Source of the DNA: Eledone cirrhosa
Lineage: Eukaryota
Assembly: GCA_964016885.1 (NCBI GenBank)
Contig: OZ024740.1
Coordinates: forward strand, 427,676,001-427,740,000
Length of the DNA stretch: 64,000 bases
Direction of reading: 5' to 3'
The notes beneath the pieces are model-generated. The model was not told where the DNA came from, searched no databases, and saw nothing but the letters and a program-made list of their open reading frames with translations. Of the stretch, positions 28,980-44,330 are shown one piece after another. A program made the position numbers and the translations under genes. The first letter of the stretch is position 1, and each line of letters begins with the position of its first letter.

Positions 28980-31900
28980 TTTACCATAGTTATATAAAAC
29001 TCTACCCTCTCTCAGTGATGTATAGTTATATAAAACTCTACCCTATCTCACTGTACCATAGTTATATAAAACTCTACCCAATCTCAGTGTACCATAGTTA
29101 TATAAAACTCTACCCTCTCTCAGTGTTGTATAGTTATATAATACTCTACCCTATCTTACTGTACCATAGTTATATAAAAATCTACCCTATCTCACAGTAC
29201 CATAGTTATATAAAACTCTACCCTATCTCACTGTACCATAGTTATATAAAACTCTACCCTATCTCAGTGTACCATAGTTATATAAAACTCTACCCTATCT
29301 CACTGTACCATAGTTATATAAAACTCTACCCTATCTCACTGTACCATAGCTATATAAAACTCTACCCTATCTCAGTGTTGTATAGTTATATACAACTCTA
29401 CCCTATATCAGTGTACCATAGTTATATAAAACTTTACCCTATCTCAGAGTTGTATAGTTATATAAAACTCTACCCTATCTCAGTGTACCATAGTTATATA
29501 AAACTCTACCCTATCTCACTGTACCATAGTTATATAAAACTCTACCCTATCTCACTGTACCATAGTTATATAAAACTCTACCCTATCTCAGTGTACCATA
29601 GTTATATAAAACTCTACCCTATCTCAGTGTGCCATAGTTATATAAAACTCTACCCTATCTCACTGTACCATAGTTATATAAAACTCTACCCAATCTCACT
29701 GTACCATAGTTATATAAAACTCTACCCTATCTCAGTGTACCATAGTTATATAAAACTCTACCCTATCTCACTGTACCATAGTTATATAAAACTCTACCCT
29801 ATCTCACTGTACCATAGTTATATAAAACTCTACCCTATCTCAGTGTACCATAGTTATATAAAACTCTACCCTATCTCACTGTACCATAGTTATATAAAAC
29901 TCTACCCTATCTCACTGTACCATAGTTATATAAATCTCTACCCTATCTCACTGTACCATAGTTATATAAAACTCTACCCTATCTCAGTGTACCATAGTTA
30001 TATAAAACTCTACCCTATCTCACTCTACCATAGTTGTATAAAACTCTACCCTATCTCACTGTACCATAGTTATATAAAACTCTACCCTATCTCACTGTAC
30101 CATAGTTATATAAATCTCTACCCTATCTCACTGTACCATAGTTATATAAAACTCTACACTATCTCAGTGTACCATAGTTATATAAAACTCTACCCTATCT
30201 CAGTGTACCATAGTTATATAAACCTCTACCCTATCTCACTGTACCATAGTTATATAAAACTCTACACTATCTCACTGTACCATATTTATATAAAACTCTA
30301 CCCTATCTCACTGTACCATAGTTATATAAAACTCTACCCTATCTCACTGTACCATAGTTATATAAAACTCTACCCTATCTCAGTGCACCATAGTTATATA
30401 AAACTCTACCCTATCTCAGTGTACCATAGTTATTTAAAACTCTACCCTATCTCAGTGTACCATAGTTATATAAAACTCTACCCTATCTCACTGTACCATA
30501 GTTATATAAAACTCTACCCTATCTCACTGTACCATAGTTATATAAAACTCTACCCTATCTCACTGTACCATAGTTATATAAAACTCTACCCTATCTCAGT
30601 GTTGTATAGTTATATAAAACTCTACCCTATCTCACTGTACCATAGTTATATAAAACTCTACCCTATCTCAGTGTACCATAGTTATATAAAACTCTACCCT
30701 ATCTCACTGTACCATAGTTATATAAAACTCTACCCTATCTCAGTGTACCATAGTTATATAAAACTCTACCCTATCTCACTGTACCATAGTTATATAAAAC
30801 TCTACCCTATCTCACTGTACCATAGTTGTATACAACTCTACCCTATCTCACTGTACCATAGTTATATAAAACTCTACCCTATCTCACTGTACCATAGTTA
30901 TATAAATCTCTACCCTATCTCACTGTACCATAGTTGTATAAAACTCTACCCTATCTCAGTGTTGTATAGTTATATAAAACTCTACCCTATCTCACTGTAC
31001 CATAGTTATATAAAACTCTACCCTATCTCAGTGCACCATAGTTATATAAAACTCTACCCTATCTCAGTGTACCATAGTTATATAAAACTCTACCCTATCT
31101 CAGTGTACCATAGTTATATAAAACTCTACCCTATCTCACTGTACCATAGTTATATAAAACTCTACCCAATCTCACTGTACCATAGTTATATAAAACTCTA
31201 CCCTATCTCACTGTACCATAGTTATATAAAACTCTACCCTATCTCACTGTACCATAGTTATATAAAACTCTACCCTATCTCACTGTACCATAGTTATATA
31301 AATCTCTACCCTATCTCACTGTACCATAGTTATATAAAACTCTACCCTATCTCAGTGTACCATAGTTATATAAAACTCTACCCTATCTCACTGTACCATA
31401 GTTGTATAAAACTCTACCCTATCTCACTCTAACATAGTTATATAAAACTCTACCCTATCTCACTGTACCATAGTTATATAAAACTCTACCATATCTCACT
31501 GTACCATAGTTATATAAAACTCTACCCTATCTCACTGTACCATAGTTATATAAAACTCTACCCTATCTCACTGTACCATAGTTATATAAAACTCTACCCT
31601 ATCTCAGTGTTGTATAGTTATATAAAACTCTACCCTATCTCACTTTACCATAGTTATATAAACTCTACCCTATCTCAGTGTACCATAGTTATATAAAACT
31701 CTACCCTATCTCACTGTACCATAGTTATATAAAACTCTACCCTATCTCACTGTACCATAGTTATATAAAATTCTACACTATCTCACTGTACCATAGTTAT
31801 ATAAAACTCTACCCTATCTCAGTGTTGTATAGTTATATAAAACTCTACCCTATCTCACTTTACCATAGTTATATAAAACTCTACCCTCTCTCAGTGATGT

Positions 31901-33180
31901 ATAGTTATATAAAACTCTACCCTATCTCACTGTACCATAGTTATATAAAACTCTACCCAATCTCAGTGTACCATAGTTATATAAAACTCTACCCTCTCTC
32001 AGTGTTGTATAGTTATATAATACTCTACCCTATCTTACTGTACCATAGTTATATAAAAATCTACCCTATCTCACAGTACCATAGTTATATAAAACTCTAC
32101 CCTATCTCACTGTACCATAGTTATATAAAACTCTACCCTATCTCAGTGTACCATAGTTATATAAAACTCTACCCTATCTCACTGTACCATAGTTATATAA
32201 AACTCTACCCTATCTCACTGTACCATAGCTATATAAAACTCTACCCTATCTCAGTGTTGTATAGTTATATACAACTCTACCCTATATCAGTGTACCATAG
32301 TTATATAAAACTTTACCCTATCTCAGAGTTGTATAGTTATATAAAACTCTACCCTATCTCAGTGTACCATAGTTATATAAAACTCTACCCTATCTCACTG
32401 TACCATAGTTATATAAAACTCTACCCTATCTCACTGTACCATAGTTATATAAAACTCTACCCTATCTCAGTGTACCATAGTTATATAAAACTCTACCCTA
32501 TCTCAGTGTGCCATAGTTATATAAAACTCTACCCTATCTCACTGTACCATAGTTATATAAAACTCTACCCAATCTCACTGTACCATAGTTATATAAAACT
32601 CTACCCTATCTCAGTGTACCATAGTTATATAAAACTCTACCCTATCTCACTGTACCATAGTTATATAAAACTCTACCCTATCTCACTGTACCATAGTTAT
32701 ATAAAACTCTACCCTATCTCAGTGTACCATAGTTATATAAAACTCTACCCTATCTCACTGTACCATAGTTATATAAATCTCTACCCTATCTCACTGTACC
32801 ATAGTTATATAAAACTCTACCCAATCTCAGTGTACCATAGTTATATAAAACTCTACCCTATCTCACTGTACCATAGTTGTATAAAACTCTACCCTATCTC
32901 ACTGTACCATAGTTATATAAAACTCTACCCTATCTCACTGTACCATAGTTATATAAATCTCTACCCTATCTCACTGTACCATAGTTATATAAAACTCTAC
33001 ACTATCTCAGTGTACCATAGTTATATAAAACTCTACCCTATCTCAGTGTACCATAGTTATATAAACCTCTACCCTATCTCACTGTACCATAGTTATATAA
33101 AACTCTACACTATCTCACTGTACCATATTTATATAAAACTCTACCCTATCTCACTGTACCATAGTTATATAAAACTCTAC
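28980..33180. repeat. Partial higher-order duplication at about 80-monomer offset (2879 bp); boundaries approximate
   Basis: The GTGATGTAT variant is at 29018 and 31897 (2879 = 80x36-1). Each is followed by the same rare series (ATAATACTC, ATCTTA, AAAATC, CACAGTAC, GAGTTG, GTGTGCC). Confidence 0.8.
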
Positions 33181-36100
33181 CCTATCTCAATGTACCATAG
33201 TTATATAAAACTCTACCCTATCTCAGTGTACCATAGTTATTTAAAACTCTACCCTATCTCAGTGTACCATAGTTATATAAAACTCTACCCTATCTCACTG
33301 TACCATAGTTATATAAAACTCTACCCTATCTCAGTGCACCATAGTTATATAAAACTCTACCCTATCTCAGTGTACCATAGTTATTTAAAACTCTACCCTA
33401 TCTCAGTGTACCATAGTTATATAAAACTCTACCCTATCTCAATGTACCATAGTTATATAAAACTCTACCCTATCTCACTGTACCATAGTTATATAAAACT
33501 CTACCCTATCTCACTGTACCATAGTTATATAAAACTCTACCCTATCTCACTGTACCATAGTTATATAAATCTCTACCTATCTCACTGTACCATAGTTATA
33601 TAAAACTCTACCCTATCTCAGTGTACCATAGTTATATAAAACTCTACCCTATCTCACTGTACCATAGTTGTATAAAACTCTACCCTATCTCACTCTACCA
33701 TAGTTATATAAAACTCTACCCTATCTCACTGTACCATAGTTATATAAAACTCTACCATATCTCACTGTACCATAGTTATATAAAACTCTACCCTATCTCA
33801 CTGTACCATAGTTATATAAAACTCTACCCTATCTCACTGTACCATAGTTATATAAAACTCTACCCTATCTCAGTGTTGTATAGTTGTATAAAACTCTACC
33901 CTATCTCACTTTACCATAGTTATATAAACTCTACCCTATCTCCGTGTACCATAGTTATATAAAACTCTACCCTATCTCACTGTACCATAGTTATATAAAA
34001 CTCTACCATATCTCACTGTACCATAGTTATATAAAACTCTACAATATCTCACTGTACCATAGTTATATAAAACTCTGCCCTATCTCAGTGTTGTATAGTT
34101 ATATAAAACTCTACCCTATCTCACTTTACCATAGTTATATAAAACTCTACCCTATCTCACTGTACCATAGTTATATAAAACTCTACCCAATCTCAGTGTA
34201 CCATAGTTATATAAAACTCTACCCTCTCACAGTGTTGTATAGTTATATAAAACTCTACCCTATCTCACTGTGCCATAGCTATATAAAACTCTACCCTATC
34301 TCAGTGTTGTATAGTTATATACAACTCTACCCTATATCAGTGTACCATAGTTATATAAAACTCTACCCTATCTCAGAGTTGTATAGTTATATAAAACTCT
34401 ACCCTATCTCAGTGTACCATAGTTATATAAAACTCTACCCTATCTCACTGTACCATAGTTATATAAAACTCTACCCTATCTCAGTGTACCATAGTTATAT
34501 AAAACTCTACCCTATCTCAGTGTACCATAGTTATATAAAACTCTACCCTCTCTCAGTGTTGTATAGTTATATAAAACTCTACCCTATCTCAGTGTACCAT
34601 AGTTATATAAAACTCTACCCTATCTCAGTGTACCATAGTTATATAAAACTCTACCCTATCTCACTGTACCATAGTTATATAAAACTCTACCCTATCTCAG
34701 TGTACCATAGTTATATAAAACTCTACCCTATCTCACTGTACCATAGTTATATAAAACTCTACCCTATCTCACTGTACCATAGTTGTATACAACTCTACCC
34801 TATCTCACTGTACCATAGTTATATAAAACTCTACCCTATCTCACTGTACCATAGTTATATAAATCTCTACCCTATCTCACTGTACCATAGTTGTATAAAA
34901 CTCTACCCTATCTCAGAGTTGTATAGTTATATAAAACTCTACACTATCTCACTGTACCATAGTTATATAAAACTCTACCCTATCTCACTGTACCATAGTT
35001 ATATAAAACTCTACCCTATCTCACTGTACCATAGTTATATAAAACTCTACCCTATCTCACTGTACCATAGTTATATAAAACTCTACCCTATCTCACTGTA
35101 CCATAGTTATATAAATCTCTACCCTATCTCACTGTACCATAGTTATATAAAACTCTACCCTATCTCAGTGTACCATAGTTATATAAAACTCTACCCTATC
35201 TCACTGTACCATAGTTGTATAAAACTCTACCCTATCTCACTCTACCATAGTTATATAAAACTCTACCCTATCTCACTGTACCATAGTTATATAACACTCT
35301 ACCATATCTCACTGTACCATAGTTATATAAAACTCTACCCTATTTCACTGTACCATAGTTATATAAACCTCTACCCTATCTCACTGTACCATAGTTATAT
35401 AAAACTCTACACTATCTCACTGTACCATATTTATATAAAACTCTACCCTATCTCACTGTACCATAGTTATATAAAACTCTACCCTATCTCACTGTACCAT
35501 AGTTATATAAAACTCTATCCTATCTCAGTGCACCATAGTTATATAAAACTCTACCCTATCTCAGTGTACCATAGTTATATAAAACTCTACCCTATCTCAG
35601 TGTACCATAGTTATATAAAACTCTACCCTATCTCACTGTACCATAGTTATATAAAACTCTACCCTATCTCACTGTACCATAGTTATATAAAACTCTACCC
35701 TATCTCACTGTACCATAGTTATATAAAACTCTACCCTATCTCACTGTACCATAGTTATATAAAACTCTACCCTATCTCACTGTACCATAGTTATATAAAT
35801 CTCTACCCTATCTCACTGTACCATAGTTATATAAAACTCTACCCTATCTCAGTGTACCATAGTTATATAAAACTCTACCCTATCTCACTCTACCATAGTT
35901 GTATAAAACTCTACCCTATCTCACTCTACCATAGTTATATAAAACTCTACCCTATCTCACTGTACCATAGTTATATAAAACTCTACCATATCTCACTGTA
36001 CCATAGTTATATAAAACTCTACCCTATCTCACTGTACCATAGTTATATAAAACTCTACCCTATCTCACTGTACCATAGTTATATAAAACTCTACCATATC

Positions 36101-39100
36101 TCACTGTACCATAGTTATATAAAACTCTACCCTATCTCACTGTACCATAGTTATATAAAACTCTACCCTATCTCACTGTACCATAGTTATATAAAACTCT
36201 ACAATATCTCACTGTACCATAGTTATATAAAACTCTGCCCTATCTCAGTGTTGTATAGTTATATAAAACTCTACCCTATCTCACTGTACCATAGTTATAT
36301 AAAACTCTACCCAATCTCAGTGTACCATAGTTATATAAAACTCTACCCTATCTCACTGTACCATAGTTATATAAAACTCTACCCTATCTCACTGTACCAT
36401 AGTTATATAAAACTCTACCCTATCTCAGTGTACCATAGTTATATAAAACTCTACCCTATCTCAGTGTGCCATAGTTATATAAAACTCTACCCTATCTCAC
36501 TGTACCATAGTTATATAAAACTCTACCCAATCTCACTGTACCATAGTTATATAAAACTCTACCCTATCTCAGTGTACCATAGTTATATAAAACTCTACCC
36601 TATCTCACTGTACCATAGTTATATAAAACTCTACCCTATCTCACTGTACCATAGTTATATAAAACTCTACCCTATCTCAGTGTACCATAGTTATATAAAA
36701 CTCTACCCTATCTCACTGTACCATAGTTATATAAATATCTACCCTATCTCACTGTACCATAGTTATATAAAACTCTACCCTATCTCAGTGTACCATAGTT
36801 ATATAAAACTCTACCCTATCTCACTGTACCATAGTTGTATAAAACTCTACCCTATCTCACTGTACCATAGTTATATAAAACTCTACCCTATCTCACTGTA
36901 CCATAGTTATATAAATCTCTACCCTATCTCACTGTACCATAGTTATATAAAACTCTACACTATCTCAGTGTACCATAGTTATATAAAACTCTACCCTATC
37001 TCAGTGTACCATAGTTATATAAACCTCTACCCTATCTCACTGTACCATAGTTATATAAAACTCTACACTATCTCACTGTACCATATTTATATAAAACTCT
37101 ACCCTATCTCACTGTACCATAGTTATATAAAACTCTACCCTATCTCACTGTACCATAGTTATATAAAACTCTACCCTATCTCAGTGCACCATAGTTATAT
37201 AAAACTCTACCCTATCTCAGTGTACCATAGTTATTTAAAACTCTACCCTATCTCAGTGTACCATAGTTATATAAAACTCTACCCTATCTCAATGTACCAT
37301 AGTTATATAAAACTCTACCCTATCTCACTGTACCATAGTTATATAAAACTCTACCCTATCTCACTGTACCATAGTTATATAAAACTCTACCCTATCTCAC
37401 TGTACCATAGTTATATAAATCTCTACCTATCTCACTGTACCATAGTTATATAAAACTCTACCCTATCTCAGTGTACCATAGTTATATAAAACTCTACCCT
37501 ATCTCACTGTACCATAGTTGTATAAAACTCTACCCTATCTCACTCTACCATAGTTATATAAAACTCTACCCTATCTCACTGTACCATAGTTATATAAAAC
37601 TCTACCATATCTCACTGTACCATAGTTATATAAAACTCTACCCTATCTCACTGTACCATAGTTATATAAAACTCTACCCTATCTCACTGTACCATAGTTA
37701 TATAAAACTCTACCCTATCTCAGTGTTGTATAGTTGTATAAAACTCTACCCTATCTCACTTTACCATAGTTATATAAACTCTACCCTATCTCCGTGTACC
37801 ATAGTTATATAAAACTCTACCCTATCTCACTGTACCATAGTTATATAAAACTCTACCATATCTCACTGTACCATAGTTATATAAAACTCTACAATATCTC
37901 ACTGTACCATAGTTATATAAAACTCTGCCCTATCTCAGTGTTGTATAGTTATATAAAACTCTACCCTATCTCACTTTACCATAGTTATATAAAACTCTAC
38001 CCTATCTCACTGTACCATAGTTATATAAAACTCTACCCAATCTCAGTGTACCATAGTTATATAAAACTCTACCCTCTCACAGTGTTGTATAGTTATATAA
38101 AACTCTACCCTATCTCACTGTGCCATAGCTATATAAAACTCTACCCTATCTCAGTGTTGTATAGTTATATACAACTCTACCCTATATCAGTGTACCATAG
38201 TTATATAAAACTCTACCCTATCTCAGAGTTGTATAGTTATATAAAACTCTACCCTATCTCAGTGTACCATAGTTATATAAAACTCTACCCTATCTCACTG
38301 TACCATAGTTATATAAAACTCTACCCTATCTCAGTGTACCATAGTTATATAAAACTCTACCCTATCTCAGTGTACCATAGTTATATAAAACTCTACCCTC
38401 TCTCAGTGTTGTATAGTTATATAAAACTCTACCCTATCTCAGTGTACCATAGTTATATAAAACTCTACCCTATCTCACTGTACCATAGTTATATACAACT
38501 CTACCCTATCTCAGTGTACAATAGTTATATAAAACTCTACCCTATCTCAGTGTTGTATAGTTATATAAAACTCTACCCTATCTCACTGTACCATAGTTAT
38601 ATAAAACTCTACCCTATCTCAGTGTACCATAGTTATATAAAACTCTACCCTATCTCACTGTACCATAGTTATATAAAACTCTACCCTATCTCAGTGTACC
38701 ATAGTTATATAAAACTCTACCCTATCTCACTGTACCATAGTTATATAAAACTCTACCCTATCTCACTGTACCATAGTTGTATACAACTCTACCCTATCTC
38801 ACTGTACCATAGTTATATAAAACTCTACCCTATCTCACTGTACCATAGTTATATAAATCTCTACCCTATCTCACTGTACCATAGTTGTATAAAACTCTAC
38901 CCTATCTCAGAGTTGTATAGTTATATAAAACTCTACACTATCTCACTGTACCATAGTTATATAAAACTCTACCCTATCTCACTGTACCATAGTTATATAA
39001 AACTCTACCCTATCTCACTGTACCATAGTTATATAAAACTCTACCCTATCTCACTGTACCATAGTTATATAAAACTCTACCCTATCTCACTGTACCATAG

Positions 39101-42100
39101 TTATATAAATCTCTACCCTATCTCACTGTACCATAGTTATATAAAACTCTACCCTATCTCAGTGTACCATAGTTATATAAAACTCTACCCTATCTCACTG
39201 TACCATAGTTGTATAAAACTCTACCCTATCTCACTCTACCATAGTTATATAAAACTCTACCCTATCTCACTGTACCATAGTTATATAACACTCTACCATA
39301 TCTCACTGTACCATAGTTATATAAAACTCTACCCTATTTCACTGTACCATAGTTATATAAACCTCTACCCTATCTCACTGTACCATAGTTATATAAAACT
39401 CTACACTATCTCACTGTACCATATTTATATAAAACTCTACCCTATCTCACTGTACCATAGTTATATAAAACTCTACCCTATCTCACTGTACCATAGTTAT
39501 ATAAAACTCTATCCTATCTCAGTGCACCATAGTTATATAAAACTCTACCCTATCTCAGTGTACCATAGTTATATAAAACTCTACCCTATCTCAGTGTACC
39601 ATAGTTATATAAAACTCTACCCTATCTCACTGTACCATAGTTATATAAAACTCTACCCTATCTCACTGTACCATAGTTATATAAAACTCTACCCTATCTC
39701 ACTGTACCATAGTTATATAAAACTCTACCCTATCTCACTGTACCATAGTTATATAAAACTCTACCCTATCTCACTGTACCATAGTTATATAAATCTCTAC
39801 CCTATCTCACTGTACCATAGTTATATAAAACTCTACCCTATCTCAGTGTACCATAGTTATATAAAACTCTACCCTATCTCACTCTACCATAGTTGTATAA
39901 AACTCTACCCTATCTCACTCTACCATAGTTATATAAAACTCTACCCTATCTCACTGTACCATAGTTATATAAAACTCTACCATATCTCACTGTACCATAG
40001 TTATATAAAACTCTACCCTATCTCACTGTACCATAGTTATATAAAACTCTACCCTATCTCACTGTACCATAGTTATATAAAACTCTACCATATCTCACTG
40101 TACCATAGTTATATAAAACTCTACCCTATCTCACTGTACCATAGTTATATAAAACTCTACCCTATCTCACTGTACCATAGTTATATAAAACTCTACAATA
40201 TCTCACTGTACCATAGTTATATAAAACTCTGCCCTATCTCAGTGTTGTATAGTTATATAAAACTCTACCCTATCTCACTGTACCATAGTTATATAAAACT
40301 CTACCCAATCTCAGTGTACCATAGTTATATAAAACTCTACCCTATCTCACTGTACCATAGTTATATAAAACTCTACCCTATCTCACTGTACCATAGTTAT
40401 ATAAAACTCTACCCTATCTCAGTGTACCATAGTTATATAAAACTCTACCCTATCTCAGTGTGCCATAGTTATATAAAACTCTACCCTATCTCACTGTACC
40501 ATAGTTATATAAAACTCTACCCAATCTCACTGTACCATAGTTATATAAAACTCTACCCTATCTCAGTGTACCATAGTTATATAAAACTCTACCCTATCTC
40601 ACTGTACCATAGTTATATAAAACTCTACCCTATCTCACTGTACCATAGTTATATAAAACTCTACCCTATCTCAGTGTACCATAGTTATATAAAACTCTAC
40701 CCTATCTCACTGTACCATAGTTATATAAATATCTACCCTATCTCACTGTACCATAGTTATATAAAACTCTACCCTATCTCAGTGTACCATAGTTATATAA
40801 AACTCTACCCTATCTCACTGTACCATAGTTGTATAAAACTCTACCCTATCTCACTGTACCATAGTTATATAAAACTCTACCCTATCTCACTGTACCATAG
40901 TTATATAAATCTCTACCCTATCTCACTGTACCATAGTTATATAAAACTCTACACTATCTCAGTGTACCATAGTTATATAAAACTCTACCCTATCTCAGTG
41001 TACCATAGTTATATAAACCTCTACCCTATCTCACTGTACCATAGTTATATAAAACTCTACACTATCTCACTGTACCATATTTATATAAAACTCTACCCTA
41101 TCTCACTGTACCATAGTTATATAAAACTCTACCCTATCTCACTGTACCATAGTTATATAAAACTCTACCCTATCTCAGTGCACCATAGTTATATAAAACT
41201 CTACCCTATCTCAGTGTACCATAGTTATTTAAAACTCTACCCTATCTCAGTGTACCATAGTTATATAAAACTCTACCCTATCTCAATGTACCATAGTTAT
41301 ATAAAACTCTACCCTATCTCACTGTACCATAGTTATATAAAACTCTACCCTATCTCACTGTACCATAGTTATATAAAACTCTACCCTATCTCACTGTACC
41401 ATAGTTATATAAATCTCTACCTATCTCACTGTACCATAGTTATATAAAACTCTACCCTATCTCAGTGTACCATAGTTATATAAAACTCTACCCTATCTCA
41501 CTGTACCATAGTTGTATAAAACTCTACCCTATCTCACTCTACCATAGTTATATAAAACTCTACCCTATCTCACTGTACCATAGTTATATAAAACTCTACC
41601 ATATCTCACTGTACCATAGTTATATAAAACTCTACCCTATCTCACTGTACCATAGTTATATAAAACTCTACCCTATCTCACTGTACCATAGTTATATAAA
41701 ACTCTACCCTATCTCAGTGTTGTATAGTTGTATAAAACTCTACCCTATCTCACTTTACCATAGTTATATAAACTCTACCCTATCTCCGTGTACCATAGTT
41801 ATATAAAACTCTACCCTATCTCACTGTACCATAGTTATATAAAACTCTACCATATCTCACTGTACCATAGTTATATAAAACTCTACAATATCTCACTGTA
41901 CCATAGTTATATAAAACTCTGCCCTATCTCAGTGTTGTATAGTTATATAAAACTCTACCCTATCTCACTTTACCATAGTTATATAAAACTCTACCCTATC
42001 TCACTGTACCATAGTTATATAAAACTCTACCCAATCTCAGTGTACCATAGTTATATAAAACTCTACCCTCTCACAGTGTTGTATAGTTATATAAAACTCT

Positions 42101-44330
42101 ACCCTATCTCACTGTGCCATAGCTATATAAAACTCTACCCTATCTCAGTGTTGTATAGTTATATACAACTCTACCCTATATCAGTGTACCATAGTTATAT
42201 AAAACTCTACCCTATCTCAGAGTTGTATAGTTATATAAAACTCTACCCTATCTCAGTGTACCATAGTTATATAAAACTCTACCCTATCTCACTGTACCAT
42301 AGTTATATAAAACTCTACCCTATCTCAGTGTACCATAGTTATATAAAACTCTACCCTATCTCAGTGTACCATAGTTATATAAAACTCTACCCTCTCTCAG
42401 TGTTGTATAGTTATATAAAACTCTACCCTATCTCAGTGTACCATAGTTATATAAAACTCTACCCTATCTCACTGTACCATAGTTATATACAACTCTACCC
42501 TATCTCAGTGTACAATAGTTATATAAAACTCTACCCTATCTCAGTGTTGTATAGTTATATAAAACTCTACCCTATCTCACTGTACCATAGTTATATAAAA
42601 CTCTACCCTATCTCAGTGTACCATAGTTATATAAAACTCTACCCTATCTCACTGTACCATAGTTATATAAAACTCTACCCTATCTCAGTGTACCATAGTT
42701 ATATAAAACTCTACCCTATCTCACTGTACCATAGTTATATAAAACTCTACCCTATCTCACTGTACCATAGTTGTATACAACTCTACCCTATCTCACTGTA
42801 CCATAGTTATATAAAACTCTACCCTATCTCACTGTACCATAGTTATATAAATCTCTACCCTATCTCACTGTACCATAGTTGTATAAAACTCTACCCTATC
42901 TCAGTGTTGTATAGTTATATAAAACTCTACACTATCTCACTGTACCATAGTTATATAAAACTCTACCCTATCTCACTGTACCATAGTTATATAAAACTCT
43001 ACCCTATCTCACTGTACCATAGTTATATAAAACTCTACCCTATCTCACTGTACCATAGTTATATAAAACTCTACCCTATCTCACTGTACCATAGTTATAT
43101 AAATCTCTACCCTATCTCACTGTACCATAGTTATATAAAACTCTACCCTATCTCAGTGTACCATAGTTATATAAAACTCTACCCTATCTCACTGTACCAT
43201 AGTTGTATAAAACTCTACCCTATCTCACTCTAACATAGTTATATAAAACTCTACCCTATCTCACTGTACCATAGTTATATAACACTCTACCATATCTCAC
43301 TGTACCATAGTTATATAAAACTCTACCCTATTTCACTGTACCATAGTTATATAAACCTCTACCCTATCTCACTGTACCATAGTTATATAAAACTCTACAC
43401 TATCTCACTGTACCATATTTATATAAAACTCTACCCTATCTCACTGTACCATAGTTATATAAAACTCTACCCTATCTCACTGTACCATAGTTATATAAAA
43501 CTCTATCCTATCTCAGTGCACCATAGTTATATAAAACTCTACCCTATCTCAGTGTACCATAGTTATATAAAACTCTACCCTATCTCAGTGTACCATAGTT
43601 ATATAAAACTCTACCCTATCTCACTGTACCATAGTTATATAAAACTCTACCCTATCTCACTGTACCATAGTTATATAAAACTCTACCCTATCTCACTGTA
43701 CCATAGTTATATAAAACTCTACCCTATCTCACTGTACCATAGTTATATAAAACTCTACCCTATCTCACTGTACCATAGTTATATAAATCTCTACCCTATC
43801 TCACTGTACCATAGTTATATAAAACTCTACCCTATCTCAGTGTACCATAGTTATATAAAACTCTACCCTATCTCACTCTACCATAGTTGTATAAAACTCT
43901 ACCCTATCTCACTCTACCATAGTTATATAAAACTCTACCCTATCTCACTGTACCATAGTTATATAAAACTCTACCATATCTCACTGTACCATAGTTATAT
44001 AAAACTCTACCCTATCTCACTGTACCATAGTTATATAAAACTCTACCCTATCTCACTGTACCATAGTTATATAAAACTCTACCATATCTCACTGTACCAT
44101 AGTTATATAAAACTCTACCCTATCTCACTGTACCATAGTTATATAAAACTCTACCCTATCTCACTGTACCATAGTTATATAAAACTCTACAATATCTCAC
44201 TGTACCATAGTTATATAAAACTCTGCCCTATCTCAGTGTTGTATAGTTATATAAAACTCTACCCTATCTCACTGTACCATAGTTATATAAAACTCTACCC
44301 AATCTCAGTGTACCATAGTTATATAAAACT
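32350..44330. repeat. About three tandem copies of a 107-111 monomer (~3.9-4.0 kb) higher-order unit; outer boundaries approximate
   Basis: Identical 113-aa ORF-track segments start at 33621, 37471 and 41465 (offsets 3850 = 107x36-2 and 3994 = 111x36-2). The copies share private indels and variants (CTCTACCTAT deletion, TCTCCGTG, CTCTCACAGTG, ATAACACTC). TACAAT is at ~40197 and ~44191. Confidence 0.9.
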
